DNA from: a virus
IMG/VR virus record: IMGVR_UViG_3300009709_000003
Coordinates: 32,001-96,000 of that record
Direction: 5' to 3' (one strand)
Length of the DNA stretch: 64,000 nucleotides
Of the stretch, positions 30,035-39,355 are shown piece by piece. The first letter of the stretch is position 1, and each line of letters starts with the position of its first letter. The notes beneath the pieces were generated by a model. It was not told where the DNA came from, searched no databases, and was given only the letters and a program-made list of their open reading frames with translations. The translations under genes and the position numbers were made by a program.

Positions 30035-30400
30035 CTATTTTTTGGCGTCAAAACCGCTACAGTCAGTAGTTATGCATATATTACACATACTATTCCATTT
30101 TCTACACTGCATGCAGATACTATCCCCAGGGGTGTAGACATCTTTAATGCTAAGAGCAGATATGAATTCGGCACCACTAGCTTTAGATAGCATTCTGTAC
30201 GCTGTATTTATACGTATGAATTCTGAAGTATCACCACCAACATCAGGATGTTTAGTGGTAGCCAACTGTTTAAACTTGGATTTTATTTCAAGTTGTACAG
30301 TGTCTAATGTAGGGTATGTATTTGAAGTTGACCAAATTTCGGCATGAACCTTGACCAGATCCCACACATTTAAAGTTTGGGCGGCCTCTTTCAGGTTCAC
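30035..30400 (-). CDS. J-domain (DnaJ-like co-chaperone) protein
   Basis: EIKSKFKQLATTKHPDVGGDTSEFIRINTAY (HPD motif); Cys-rich C-terminus. Confidence 0.75.
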   Translation of the reverse strand: MNLKEAAQTLNVWDLVKVHAEIWSTSNTYPTLDTVQLEIKSKFKQLATTKHPDVGGDTSEFIRINTAYRMLSKASGAEFISALSIKDVYTPGDSICMQCRKWNSMCNICITTDCSGFDAKK

Positions 30401-31938
30401 TTGCTGCCTTTGCCGTTCACGTAGTCATAATCTTCTTGATTAAATCGCCATTCTTTCTGAGCCAACGCTACAGCTTGATTATCAGGTAGTCTACTGTACT
30501 TACGTGATTGTTCCCACTCGTCATTATCACGAAGTTCTTGCACCAATTCACGCCATGCAGACTGTTCATCTGCGGCCTGCAGCATGATACGCCAACCTTG
30601 ATTGTTAATGAAATACCAAGTCGGTATTTTGCCACCGCCGTTTTGTTGCGCTGACTTGCTCTGGTAACCACCGGTTACCGGGAATACTTGCAAGCTGGTC
30701 AACTTACCATCGTTTGAAAATGATGCCTTAACCAAAGAACGCTTGATATGATCACCACTGCGAACCACATGCGCAGCCTCAATAACCAACGAGCCGTCCT
30801 CGCCACGCCAATGTGACAAAGGCGCAACCGTACCAGATTGGGCGTCTTTGTTGGCTTTACGCATAGCCAAACGTAGGCGACGTGGAATGTCACGCACCCA
30901 CATCTCGCCGTACTCGTGAAAGTACTCAGTCCAATACTTCTCTGTTGCCGTGTCAACCGCCACTTTACTCATGTTAGCCATTTTATCTACCTTTCTGTTT
31001 GACGTTTTACTTACCATGGGATCAGCCATGGTGTCAACCATGGATTTGTTGACTTTGCCAGTACCTTTGCAAGCAGTACATTCTTTATCTGTACTACCCA
31101 TTCTAGATGTATATCCTTTACCACCACATGCATCACAGGTAACTTTCATGCTGGTCTTCTTTGGTGCCGGTTTAGGGGCTTCGTTGTATTTAGGTGGCGT
31201 TGATGCCGGAGCGAGAGCATTAGACTTCATGAGTTGTGAAACGTCGCTACGCAGAAATCCAAGATTGCGTTTAATGTCAGACAGGGCTGCGTTTGGGTTG
31301 TCAACCATTTGCAGTGTAATATCGATCAATTGTAGAATCTTTTGTGGAGCATCGGCTGGAATTTCAACTGCGCCTTTAGCAGTACGCTGGTTGGCAAAAG
31401 CCTTACCATAATTCTCAGCGGTTTCAAGCAAAGATTGAGTAAAAGCGATTTTAGTCTTTAGATTGATGTTCTCAGCCGTAGCAGGCAAATCTTTAACACT
31501 TGAGACCAAATCATTCACGGAAGCGGTTATGTGCTTCCAAACTTCAACAGGAACACTTACCAAAGTGGCAACGCGTTTAGATGACGCCCCACGCTGCTTA
31601 ATGGGACCGAAATAGCGATCAAATTGATCACTCTCATCGGTAGTCATATCACGTTCCACTTTCATATCTGTTCTCATAAGAGCGCCATACTGTGACGCAT
31701 CTAAAGTTTTGTTGATAATCTGTACAGGCCCCTGTGTTGGTATCAACACCATACTTTGATACTGATCGGACCACATCAATTGTGTGCCGTCACTAAATGT
31801 AGTAGTGCCCGATCGTACAGTAGGCATTAAAACCGTACGCAATACTTGTACGTTAGGCGTAGTAGAAGTATTAGTCGTCGTACCGGCTGGAGTTGCCGGC
31901 GTTTGGGGAGCTTGAACTTGTGCAATTTTAGAACGCAC
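30397..31938 (-). CDS. Modular head protein with DnaJ-type zinc finger
   Basis: CDACGGKG..CTACKGTG; YWTEYFHEYGEMWVRDIP module. Confidence 0.6.
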   Translation of the reverse strand: MRSKIAQVQAPQTPATPAGTTTNTSTTPNVQVLRTVLMPTVRSGTTTFSDGTQLMWSDQYQSMVLIPTQGPVQIINKTLDASQYGALMRTDMKVERDMTTDESDQFDRYFGPIKQRGASSKRVATLVSVPVEVWKHITASVNDLVSSVKDLPATAENINLKTKIAFTQSLLETAENYGKAFANQRTAKGAVEIPADAPQKILQLIDITLQMVDNPNAALSDIKRNLGFLRSDVSQLMKSNALAPASTPPKYNEAPKPAPKKTSMKVTCDACGGKGYTSRMGSTDKECTACKGTGKVNKSMVDTMADPMVSKTSNRKVDKMANMSKVAVDTATEKYWTEYFHEYGEMWVRDIPRRLRLAMRKANKDAQSGTVAPLSHWRGEDGSLVIEAAHVVRSGDHIKRSLVKASFSNDGKLTSLQVFPVTGGYQSKSAQQNGGGKIPTWYFINNQGWRIMLQAADEQSAWRELVQELRDNDEWEQSRKYSRLPDNQAVALAQKEWRFNQEDYDYVNGKGSK

Positions 31939-33190
31939 TTTTACGAATGTCCTCTAATTTGGTGTTCCAAATTACATTCTGCCCATTTTTCAAATTAACC
32001 CACATGGACCCATCTCCATTAATTTTCGAAATGGCACCTGCCACCATGCCGGCACGGTCTTTATTCTTGGGTGTAGACTGGAAAAGTGTCTGATTAAAAA
32101 CCTTATCCCCCACCTTAGCAGACGCTTCCGCTTTACCATTTTCAGTCCTTATAATCACAGAGTCATGACTGAAAGTGGACGGATCAGGTTCCGGTTCGTC
32201 TTTAATGCGATTTTTATCAGAAAGAGGCTCGCTATAGGTATTTTCTTCACGTTTCAGAGCATGTTCCGCCGCATCGTCAACTTGTTTCTGTTCGTATGGT
32301 TTTAACTTAAAAGGCTCGTTGCCCATCCCAGTACCAGATTCCAGGAATTCGGCCATAGTTTCATCAGTGGCATTGTTAACCCATTTACGCAACACAAGTA
32401 GATCGTTCAAAGTGTTGTCGTCTGCGTCGTTTTTAGTGGCCGCTTCTAGTTCTTGTTCTACAGACTCTAAAGCAACCTCTTTGGCATTATCAGGGCTAGC
32501 GTTATTATCTCGCATTCTGTCATGAAGATCAGCGAGTAGATCACGCATCGTTAAAGTTTTTTTTTGACCTTGGATTTTAGCCCCACCGTTGCCGCCATAC
32601 CCAGCGAAATCATTCTCCAACTTCATGGCTTCAGAAGACATGCTCATAATGTCTTTGGCTACTTCTGGGTCAAGACCTGGCTGTTTGGCCAAGGTCTCTA
32701 GTTGTTTACGAGTCTCTGACATCATCTTTTGTTTTTGGTCAGGCGGTAGATTTCCACTCATTTGAGCCATTGACTGAGAAAACAAAGTAGATGCTCGACC
32801 CAATACGGCATTTTGCATTGGATTATCATTACGTCCAAGCCGAATGATCTTACGAGTGTTAGCTACAATTTGGGGATGCAATTTAACATTTGTCTCTAAA
32901 ACTTCTTGTGCCGGGCTATTCAATCCCGCAGTGTAGGCTTGATAGGCAACTCCTACCAATTCGGACCATGATTCCATCGGAAATTTGCTAGATTCCGCAG
33001 TCAACACATTACTGGCTACAGTTAAAGGAACAGAATCAACAAGGATCGTGGCAGACTTACCATTATCCGACAAAGCAGTTGCGAGTGTGCCGGCTTTGAT
33101 TTTAAATGCACGTTTAAGACGTTTTCCGTCTCCAACGTTGGTTGTGGTGTCGTGCGCTACGACTACTTTGTCACCAAATACGTATGTCAT
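31928..33190 (-). CDS. Putative head-associated protein
   Basis: 420 aa, first gene of the head block. Confidence 0.55.
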   Translation of the reverse strand: MTYVFGDKVVVAHDTTTNVGDGKRLKRAFKIKAGTLATALSDNGKSATILVDSVPLTVASNVLTAESSKFPMESWSELVGVAYQAYTAGLNSPAQEVLETNVKLHPQIVANTRKIIRLGRNDNPMQNAVLGRASTLFSQSMAQMSGNLPPDQKQKMMSETRKQLETLAKQPGLDPEVAKDIMSMSSEAMKLENDFAGYGGNGGAKIQGQKKTLTMRDLLADLHDRMRDNNASPDNAKEVALESVEQELEAATKNDADDNTLNDLLVLRKWVNNATDETMAEFLESGTGMGNEPFKLKPYEQKQVDDAAEHALKREENTYSEPLSDKNRIKDEPEPDPSTFSHDSVIIRTENGKAEASAKVGDKVFNQTLFQSTPKNKDRAGMVAGAISKINGDGSMWVNLKNGQNVIWNTKLEDIRKSAF

Positions 33191-33244
33191 ATCATACCCT
33201 CACGAAGTAATCATGCCTTATTGGTCTAATGGGCACGCATATTT

Positions 33245-33616
33245 TTACGATACGAGGTTAAGCCCTAACGCGGTCAACAGATCAATAGCGGCGTCCATGC
33301 TGACAGGTTTACCTGCCTTAGATACATGGGTAAGCGCATCATATAGTTGTTTGTGTGTAATAGTAAGCGAATTGCGTACATCTACGTTAGCTAGAGTCAT
33401 TTTACGAGATGACCCCGATCCACCCGTCTTATCTCGGGGCATGATGATCAACCCCATACTCTGCAGACGCTCTACATGGCGAACTACTGCATGTATGGAA
33501 GATACCTTCATAAAATCCGCAATCTCGCGGAAGGAAGGAGCATAGTGGTTGGTGTCAATATATCTCTTGATATACTCGTAAACTTCTCTTTGTCGTTCGG
33601 TAAGTGCCTGAGCCAT
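33245..33616 (-). CDS. LexA-like repressor (winged-helix DNA-binding domain only)
   Basis: LTERQREVYEYI...APSFREIADFMKVSSIHAVVRHVERL..MGLI; no S24 peptidase domain. Confidence 0.8.
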   Translation of the reverse strand: MAQALTERQREVYEYIKRYIDTNHYAPSFREIADFMKVSSIHAVVRHVERLQSMGLIIMPRDKTGGSGSSRKMTLANVDVRNSLTITHKQLYDALTHVSKAGKPVSMDAAIDLLTALGLNLVS

Positions 33617-33714
33617 GTATTACTCCTACGATTCTATAGTAAACCTTAAAATAAATACGGCTATATACTACTTTATATTAATACTAGTGTATGATACTTA
33701 CCTACACTATGATC

Positions 33715-33730
33715 TGGCAGGACTCTTGCA
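33715..33730 (+). promoter_or_regulatory. sigma54 promoter (-24/-12)
   Basis: TGGCAGGACTCTTGCA upstream of the transglycosylase gene. Confidence 0.65.
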
Positions 33731-33766
33731 ATGTTTTCAGTACTAAATTCAACCACAGGACTACCG

Positions 33767-34462
33767 ATGTATCCGTCTTTGAACAAACCGCTTCCTCCGA
33801 TTCAGGGATATCTTACCTCTGCACAAAACACCGGTATGACTCTAGAGGCCATGGCTGCCATTGCCGCAGCAATCAGTTTTGGCGTGAATTTGGCAGTTCT
33901 TGCTTACGGGTTGGCCGCATTTCAATCTCACATTGATCAGAAGTTGCAGGATGTGGATAACCATCTTGGTGTAGTTGAAACTCGTTTACATGAAGACATG
34001 GACGTCAACGTTATCAATCTGAAAATTCACGTATTGAAACGTGACGTAGACCCTGCTTTTGCGGTGCAAATTGCAAAGTTGGTATCTAAGTATGCAAAAA
34101 TCTATCAGCGTGACCCAGACTTGATTTTGGCAGTCATTAAGGTGGAATCGGGTTTCAATCCAAATGCAGTTAGTGAAGTTGGCGCTACCGGACTGATGCA
34201 ACTTATGCCGCACTGGATTAAAATTTTTGGCTTGACTGGCGATCTTACCGATCCAGAAGTGTCTATTCGTTATGGTATGCAAGTTTTGAACTTCTATTCT
34301 GGTATGTATAGTGGAAATGTCAAACTCGGCCTCATTGCTTACAATGCCGGACCGGGGTATGTGAATTCAACAGAAAAGCCAAACCCGGAATACGCTAACA
34401 AAGTAATAAGTGTTTACAACCAACTGAAAGAGCTTAACATTGGTAGCAGTAGCAACAACTGA
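33767..34462 (+). CDS. Lytic transglycosylase (SLT family) with N-terminal hydrophobic anchor
   Basis: VIKVESGFNPNAVSEVGATGLMQLMP, AYNAG; Ala-rich transmembrane segment; start moved to the ATG after a CAGGA RBS. Confidence 0.88.
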   Translation: MYPSLNKPLPPIQGYLTSAQNTGMTLEAMAAIAAAISFGVNLAVLAYGLAAFQSHIDQKLQDVDNHLGVVETRLHEDMDVNVINLKIHVLKRDVDPAFAVQIAKLVSKYAKIYQRDPDLILAVIKVESGFNPNAVSEVGATGLMQLMPHWIKIFGLTGDLTDPEVSIRYGMQVLNFYSGMYSGNVKLGLIAYNAGPGYVNSTEKPNPEYANKVISVYNQLKELNIGSSSNN

Positions 34463-34814
34463 AGATGTATTTACGTACAAGATGGAACCCGCTCCCACGG
34501 TTAATACCGCTAAGAGTGGCATTCCATCTATCGTAAATTGTTCCGTAATCATTAACCAATTTAATGATGTTGATGCATACCAGATAGCCGTATCTTTTGA
34601 TGAACAAATGTTTATGTTTTTTACTTCCAGAGAAAATACTATGGTCACTATTCTTTTAGATGGTGCACCTTTAGTGTACAAACATTGGAAGGACACAAAG
34701 TGGAGTAGGCATTCTGGCCGTGGCTATGACTATTTTAAGAATAAACTCCCTAGTGCGATTTGCGATAAAGTACAGCACATCATTTTAACCCGATTTAAGG
34801 AAAGTGCAGAATGA
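34440..34814 (+). CDS. Hypothetical protein (start uncertain)
   Basis: ORF coupled to the downstream lipoprotein gene. Confidence 0.45.
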   Translation: MVAVATTEDVFTYKMEPAPTVNTAKSGIPSIVNCSVIINQFNDVDAYQIAVSFDEQMFMFFTSRENTMVTILLDGAPLVYKHWKDTKWSRHSGRGYDYFKNKLPSAICDKVQHIILTRFKESAE

Positions 34815-35101
34815 ATTCTAAATTGTTTATTGTTTCTTTGGTTCTTGGTTTGTCTGCTGTTGGTTGCGTGTCCAAGTCCACCGGCAGCACCAAAAACGCT
34901 AATGATGTTGGTCACATTGCACAGGATGCAAATACTCTACAAAAGATCGCGTGCCGCGTGCAACTCGATCTGATGAGTGATGTCTGTGCGCCTGCAGCAA
35001 CTGGGAAAGTTACTGAACTTTGTGTCAAGGTTGATGGTAAACTTGGTTTGTGTGCACCCGTTTTGGTGGTGGACCCAAACACCGTTTCTCCGTCTCCATG
35101 A
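34811..35101 (+). CDS. Lipoprotein
   Basis: MNSKLFIVSLVLGLSAVG-C lipobox. Confidence 0.65.
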   Translation: MNSKLFIVSLVLGLSAVGCVSKSTGSTKNANDVGHIAQDANTLQKIACRVQLDLMSDVCAPAATGKVTELCVKVDGKLGLCAPVLVVDPNTVSPSP

Positions 35102-35249
35102 TTCAATTCATTTGCGTCCTACATAATAAAACGCACGTCTTTAGCATGAGTGATATCATTCTTGCTAAAGACGAAGCGTCTGCCGCTAAATTATATAGAG
35201 ACTTACTACCAGATAGTGCGCAACATCTATCTATCAGCGCACACAGACT

Positions 35250-35972
35250 TTAGGCTAAAATTGCAGCGTACATACTGTCTCGACGGGCTCTGTTAATCTC
35301 TGTAGCTTTTTCGACTGGGCCACGCACAATACCATCAGAAAAACCAAGTGCAGCTGCTTCAGTGGTAGAGAAATACGCATCTACTTTGCTGTCGAAGTTG
35401 TCACGCAAAAATTTAGCAATTTCTTCTTCTGAAGAATTGGCGAAGCGTCCTTGTGATCGAAGTCTAGCTGTGTAAATGCGTTCCATCATTTTGTTGCTAC
35501 GTTGTAGAGACGCATAGGCACTTTCTGCTTCACCCTTAGCAGTACCTTCAAAACCCCAATATCCATAGTGAATCATGTATTCTGTTGGAGGACGCATCAC
35601 AAACTTGTCAGCTGCAAGCGGAATAATACTTGTCATACTGCGACAATGCTTTAAACCAATAATTGTAGTAGGATTAGGACTATTTAGAAGAGCACCAAAC
35701 ATTTGCATGCCATCTTCCCAATTCCCACCTTCAGATCCCAAATAAATCGTAATAGGTTTAGTAGGATCCAGTTTAGCAAGAAAACACATGTTTTGTTCAA
35801 AACGATCAGCCATGGCGAAAGTTACGCCATGCTCAACACCTACTTCTGCAATGTGGTCTTCACGCTCATCGCTGCCCACATAAATAGTGAATGCGTCTGC
35901 ATCGATACGGCAATCCTGCCAAGTCCAAAGTCTATTTTCGAAAGTTGAGTACCTAGATTTTGGTGTCGCCAT
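35250..35972 (-). CDS. ClpP-like serine protease
   Basis: PITIYLGSEGG, CRSMTSII (Ser), YMIHYG (His), YFSTTEAAALGFSD. Confidence 0.8.
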   Translation of the reverse strand: MATPKSRYSTFENRLWTWQDCRIDADAFTIYVGSDEREDHIAEVGVEHGVTFAMADRFEQNMCFLAKLDPTKPITIYLGSEGGNWEDGMQMFGALLNSPNPTTIIGLKHCRSMTSIIPLAADKFVMRPPTEYMIHYGYWGFEGTAKGEAESAYASLQRSNKMMERIYTARLRSQGRFANSSEEEIAKFLRDNFDSKVDAYFSTTEAAALGFSDGIVRGPVEKATEINRARRDSMYAAILA

Positions 35973-36093
35973 AATTGCATACCTTTATACTATATGTGAG
36001 CCATATCGGCGCATCTATTATGTAATCATATCTAATGGGTGCTTCGAGATACCAATCAAAGAACAACGCCATATTAAAATCTGAGGTATAACA

Positions 36094-37008
36094 ATGACAC
36101 AAAACGTGAAAGCTCTTTGCATAGATGGTGGCGGTATACGAGGTTTGATACCACTGGTAAGCCTTGCTTATTTGGAACAAAAAACCGGGAAACCATGCAA
36201 TCAATTGTTTAATTATATTGGTGGTACATCTACGGGAGGCATTATAGCCCTGGGTCTTGCCGCTGGTCTACCAGCAACCACATTAACCGCTCTATATGTG
36301 CAGCAGGGTGCAAAAATATTCTCAAGTTCGTGGTGGTACAAGTTAACCAACCTGGGAAACTTTGCCGGACCTAAATATCCAGCGAGTGGTATAGAGAGTG
36401 TTTTGAAAGTGCAATTTAACAATCAAACCACTAAAGATCTAAAGACCAATGCTATGGTGGTTTCTTACAATATATCAAATCATACTGTTAAATTGTTTAA
36501 CAGCTGGGAAGACCAAACATATTATATTAGAGATCTGTGCAGAGCGACAACTGCCGCGCCTACATATTTTCCACCCGCCAATATCGGCAACACTAACGGT
36601 ACGGACAAGTCTTGGTACATAGATGGCGGCTTGGTAGCAAACAATCCAAGTATGTGTTTGGTTACTGAGATCTGCAAAAGAGAACAAACCATACCAGCCA
36701 ATATATCAATGCTTTCATTAGGTACTGGTCTCAATGAGGGTTCAATCGATGGTACAGTGGCAAGTAAATGGGGAGAACTCCCTTGGGCTTCTAATGTTAT
36801 AGACGTTGGAATGAATGGCACACAGGATTTGGCAGACACACAAGCATCTTTGGTGCTTAGTCGATATGTACGAGTGCAACCCCCAAATGGTTTAGCCTCT
36901 CAATCTATGGACGACGTTTCCACCGGATCCTTAAAGACATTGCAAGATATAGGTACACGCATGGTCGCACTGTGTGGTGATAGTATGCTTGCATTGGTGA
37001 ACTCATGA
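36094..37008 (+). CDS. Patatin-like phospholipase
   Basis: DGGGIRG, GTSTG, AAPTYFPP, IDGGLVANNP. Confidence 0.9.
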   Translation: MTQNVKALCIDGGGIRGLIPLVSLAYLEQKTGKPCNQLFNYIGGTSTGGIIALGLAAGLPATTLTALYVQQGAKIFSSSWWYKLTNLGNFAGPKYPASGIESVLKVQFNNQTTKDLKTNAMVVSYNISNHTVKLFNSWEDQTYYIRDLCRATTAAPTYFPPANIGNTNGTDKSWYIDGGLVANNPSMCLVTEICKREQTIPANISMLSLGTGLNEGSIDGTVASKWGELPWASNVIDVGMNGTQDLADTQASLVLSRYVRVQPPNGLASQSMDDVSTGSLKTLQDIGTRMVALCGDSMLALVNS

Positions 37009-37340
37009 GTAACGTATTAGACGCTTGGCTTCGACAGCTTGCTGAAACAATTGCTAAGTTGAAAAACACGCCTTTCCCTACATCTGTAGTGGGATTACGC
37101 GTAAAATTTTATACAGAAACTGAGCAATATGTCATCTGCAGAGTTGCAAACGCGGCGCAAGTTATGCCATCTTTAAGGGCTAACGTTCGCCCTGAGCCGT
37201 ATGACAAATTGCTTGAAGGTGCTGGGCCAGAAGGGGTACGTATGCGTCTAGAGTATATTCTTGATTCTGATTCGGACGCTAATCTAGTGCAGGCTGATGA
37301 TATGGCACAGTCCACACGCTGGACCAATTTTAAAATCTAA
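37005..37340 (+). CDS. Hypothetical protein
   Basis: 111 aa, ATGA-coupled to patatin. Confidence 0.55.
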   Translation: MSNVLDAWLRQLAETIAKLKNTPFPTSVVGLRVKFYTETEQYVICRVANAAQVMPSLRANVRPEPYDKLLEGAGPEGVRMRLEYILDSDSDANLVQADDMAQSTRWTNFKI

Positions 37341-39287
37341 TCAGGTATTAAAAGCAGCAAGTTGCGCCGCAAATGCCTGACCCCAGGCCGTCCATGTAAG
37401 CGTCATACCCACTTGCGATCCACCATTAGCGGCTGATGTATCCACCAACAAATTGGGTGGGGTAGCTTGATGCAGGCACCACGCGGTGTATGGCACACCG
37501 TTTGTGTTGCACCATTGCATGAGTTGTGTGCATTCTGCAACCGTCATATATAGACCAGTGCTGTCTGCTGTGTTTACAGCGGGGCCAAACTCTTCGATGT
37601 AAACTGGAATCTTTGCCGCTGCTGCTTCAAACAACGTAGGCCAATCGGTAGCGTGGTTGTAAGCGTGACAAGCATACAAAACCTGAGTATCCTGCAATGG
37701 ATTAGCTGCCCAATAGCTAACATTACGTGCATATTCGTCAACACCAGCTACAACGATAACATGCTTAACAGAATTAACTTGGGCCTCCATTTGTCGAATT
37801 TGAGTAATGCACTGTTGCACTGCATTCCTATACGTCAAAACAGCAGCAGTTTGAGTCGGATCAGACTCATTAGCCGTGCCGTTATTGCGTGGTTCATTAC
37901 ACAGACCAATCATCAATCCTTGCGCATTTGGAAATGAGGACGCAATATATGCGGCCAAAGGCGCTGTAGACATTGTGGGTTGTCCACCTACAGATGGAGA
38001 CAGACTACTGTCGATCCAAAAAGAAGCATTAACTACGGCACCCTTAGAGAGGATGTAAGAAATAACCGATTTAACTGTGGTCCAATAGGACTGATCACCC
38101 AAAACATTCTCAGCAGTTGTGTAGGTCTCCAACAAATATCGGAAAAAGTTCACCCCGTTTGCCATCGCGAAATCGACACGACGCATGATTTCTTGAGCTG
38201 AGACAGCGTAAGTCAAACCAGTCGCCGAATTATCGCCACGCAAATCGCATATATTAACACCTTTACCAAGCCACGCCTTACCGTTTCCATCCACCAATCC
38301 AACACCGCTAACAGTAACAGAAGGTTGTCCAGAAATAGCCGCAACTGGCGCAGTGTCAGGAGTAGGATTGGGCACACTTGTGGGAGGATTCGGGTTAACG
38401 ATCAAAGCAATATTGTTAAGTTCCACTGGGTTCAAAGTGCCAGCCGTTGAGTTTTGAAACAACACATTTGTAAAAGTAGAAAAGGCAGGAAGTCCCATGT
38501 CGGTCCACAAAACCGTCATAGTAGTTTTTGTGGCTGGTGGTACAATAACTTTATTTGCCACCTGAGTCTGATCTGTATACAATGCCACAGAAACAGATTG
38601 CTTACCATCCGACAAAACATCAAACTGAACACCCAAATAATTTTGAGAAGCCACAGGAGCGTCATTCATGTTATTAAGACTGACAGCGGTATATGGACCC
38701 ATAGTGGCTTTAATAGCCTTGGTGCCCATAGTGTCACTTACAAATGCTTCAGTGGCCCAAGTATAATCTCGCCAAGAGTTTTGGAGACCGTTCTGATATA
38801 AATAATACAATGAACGAGTGGTTGGTGATGTCGTGGTCGGTGCAGTGGTTGTGGGAGCAACTGTTGTAGGAGTTGCCGTTACAGGGGCCGTGGTTGTGGG
38901 CGCAACTGTTGTAGGAGTTGCCGTTACAGGGGCCGTGGTTGTGGGCGCAACTGTTGTAGGAGTTGCCGTTACAGGGGCCGTGGTTGTGGGCGCAACAGTA
39001 ACAGGAGCCATAGTTACGGGTGCTGCAGTCGTAGGAGCGGCAGTAACTGGAGCCGATGTAGTAGGTGCGGTCGTCGTAGGAGCCGTTGTAACTGGTGCCG
39101 TAGTGGTCGGTGCGGTCGTCGTAGGTGCCGTGGTGACAGGAGCAGTGGCTCCCCAAGCGTAAGAAGAATCCGGCACAAAAACTAAACTAGTACCGTTAAC
39201 TGTTACGAGCCAACCGTTTGGCACCTGCAAACGCCAAACATTACCTACTACTCCAGATACTTGTTCCCAAACAGCTGCAACGGTCAT
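37341..39287 (-). CDS. Glycoside hydrolase family 5 with Pro/Thr linker and CBM-like domain
   Basis: GKGVN, GLCNEP (acid/base), HAY, IEEFG (nucleophile), YTAW. Confidence 0.8.
   Translation of the reverse strand: MTVAAVWEQVSGVVGNVWRLQVPNGWLVTVNGTSLVFVPDSSYAWGATAPVTTAPTTTAPTTTAPVTTAPTTTAPTTSAPVTAAPTTAAPVTMAPVTVAPTTTAPVTATPTTVAPTTTAPVTATPTTVAPTTTAPVTATPTTVAPTTTAPTTTSPTTRSLYYLYQNGLQNSWRDYTWATEAFVSDTMGTKAIKATMGPYTAVSLNNMNDAPVASQNYLGVQFDVLSDGKQSVSVALYTDQTQVANKVIVPPATKTTMTVLWTDMGLPAFSTFTNVLFQNSTAGTLNPVELNNIALIVNPNPPTSVPNPTPDTAPVAAISGQPSVTVSGVGLVDGNGKAWLGKGVNICDLRGDNSATGLTYAVSAQEIMRRVDFAMANGVNFFRYLLETYTTAENVLGDQSYWTTVKSVISYILSKGAVVNASFWIDSSLSPSVGGQPTMSTAPLAAYIASSFPNAQGLMIGLCNEPRNNGTANESDPTQTAAVLTYRNAVQQCITQIRQMEAQVNSVKHVIVVAGVDEYARNVSYWAANPLQDTQVLYACHAYNHATDWPTLFEAAAAKIPVYIEEFGPAVNTADSTGLYMTVAECTQLMQWCNTNGVPYTAWCLHQATPPNLLVDTSAANGGSQVGMTLTWTAWGQAFAAQLAAFNT
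38845..38996. repeat. 45-bp tandem repeat (3 copies plus a partial) inside a larger PTTTA-coding linker
   Basis: GTGGTTGTGGG(C/A)GCAACTGTTGTAGGAGTTGCCGTTACAGGGGCC x3, encoding APVTATPTTVAPTTT. Confidence 0.9.
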
Positions 39288-39355
39288 AAAATCTCCAGTG
39301 TTAAGCTACTGGTTATTCGTATATATATGCCACTGTAGCTTTATGCCCGGCCAGA

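Noticed and set aside
36094-37340. CBASS system (CapV-like patatin)
   Set aside because: No CD-NTase or Cap2/Cap3 genes nearby.
38818-39162. CRISPR array
   Set aside because: Repeats have no unique spacers and are in-frame linker coding sequence.
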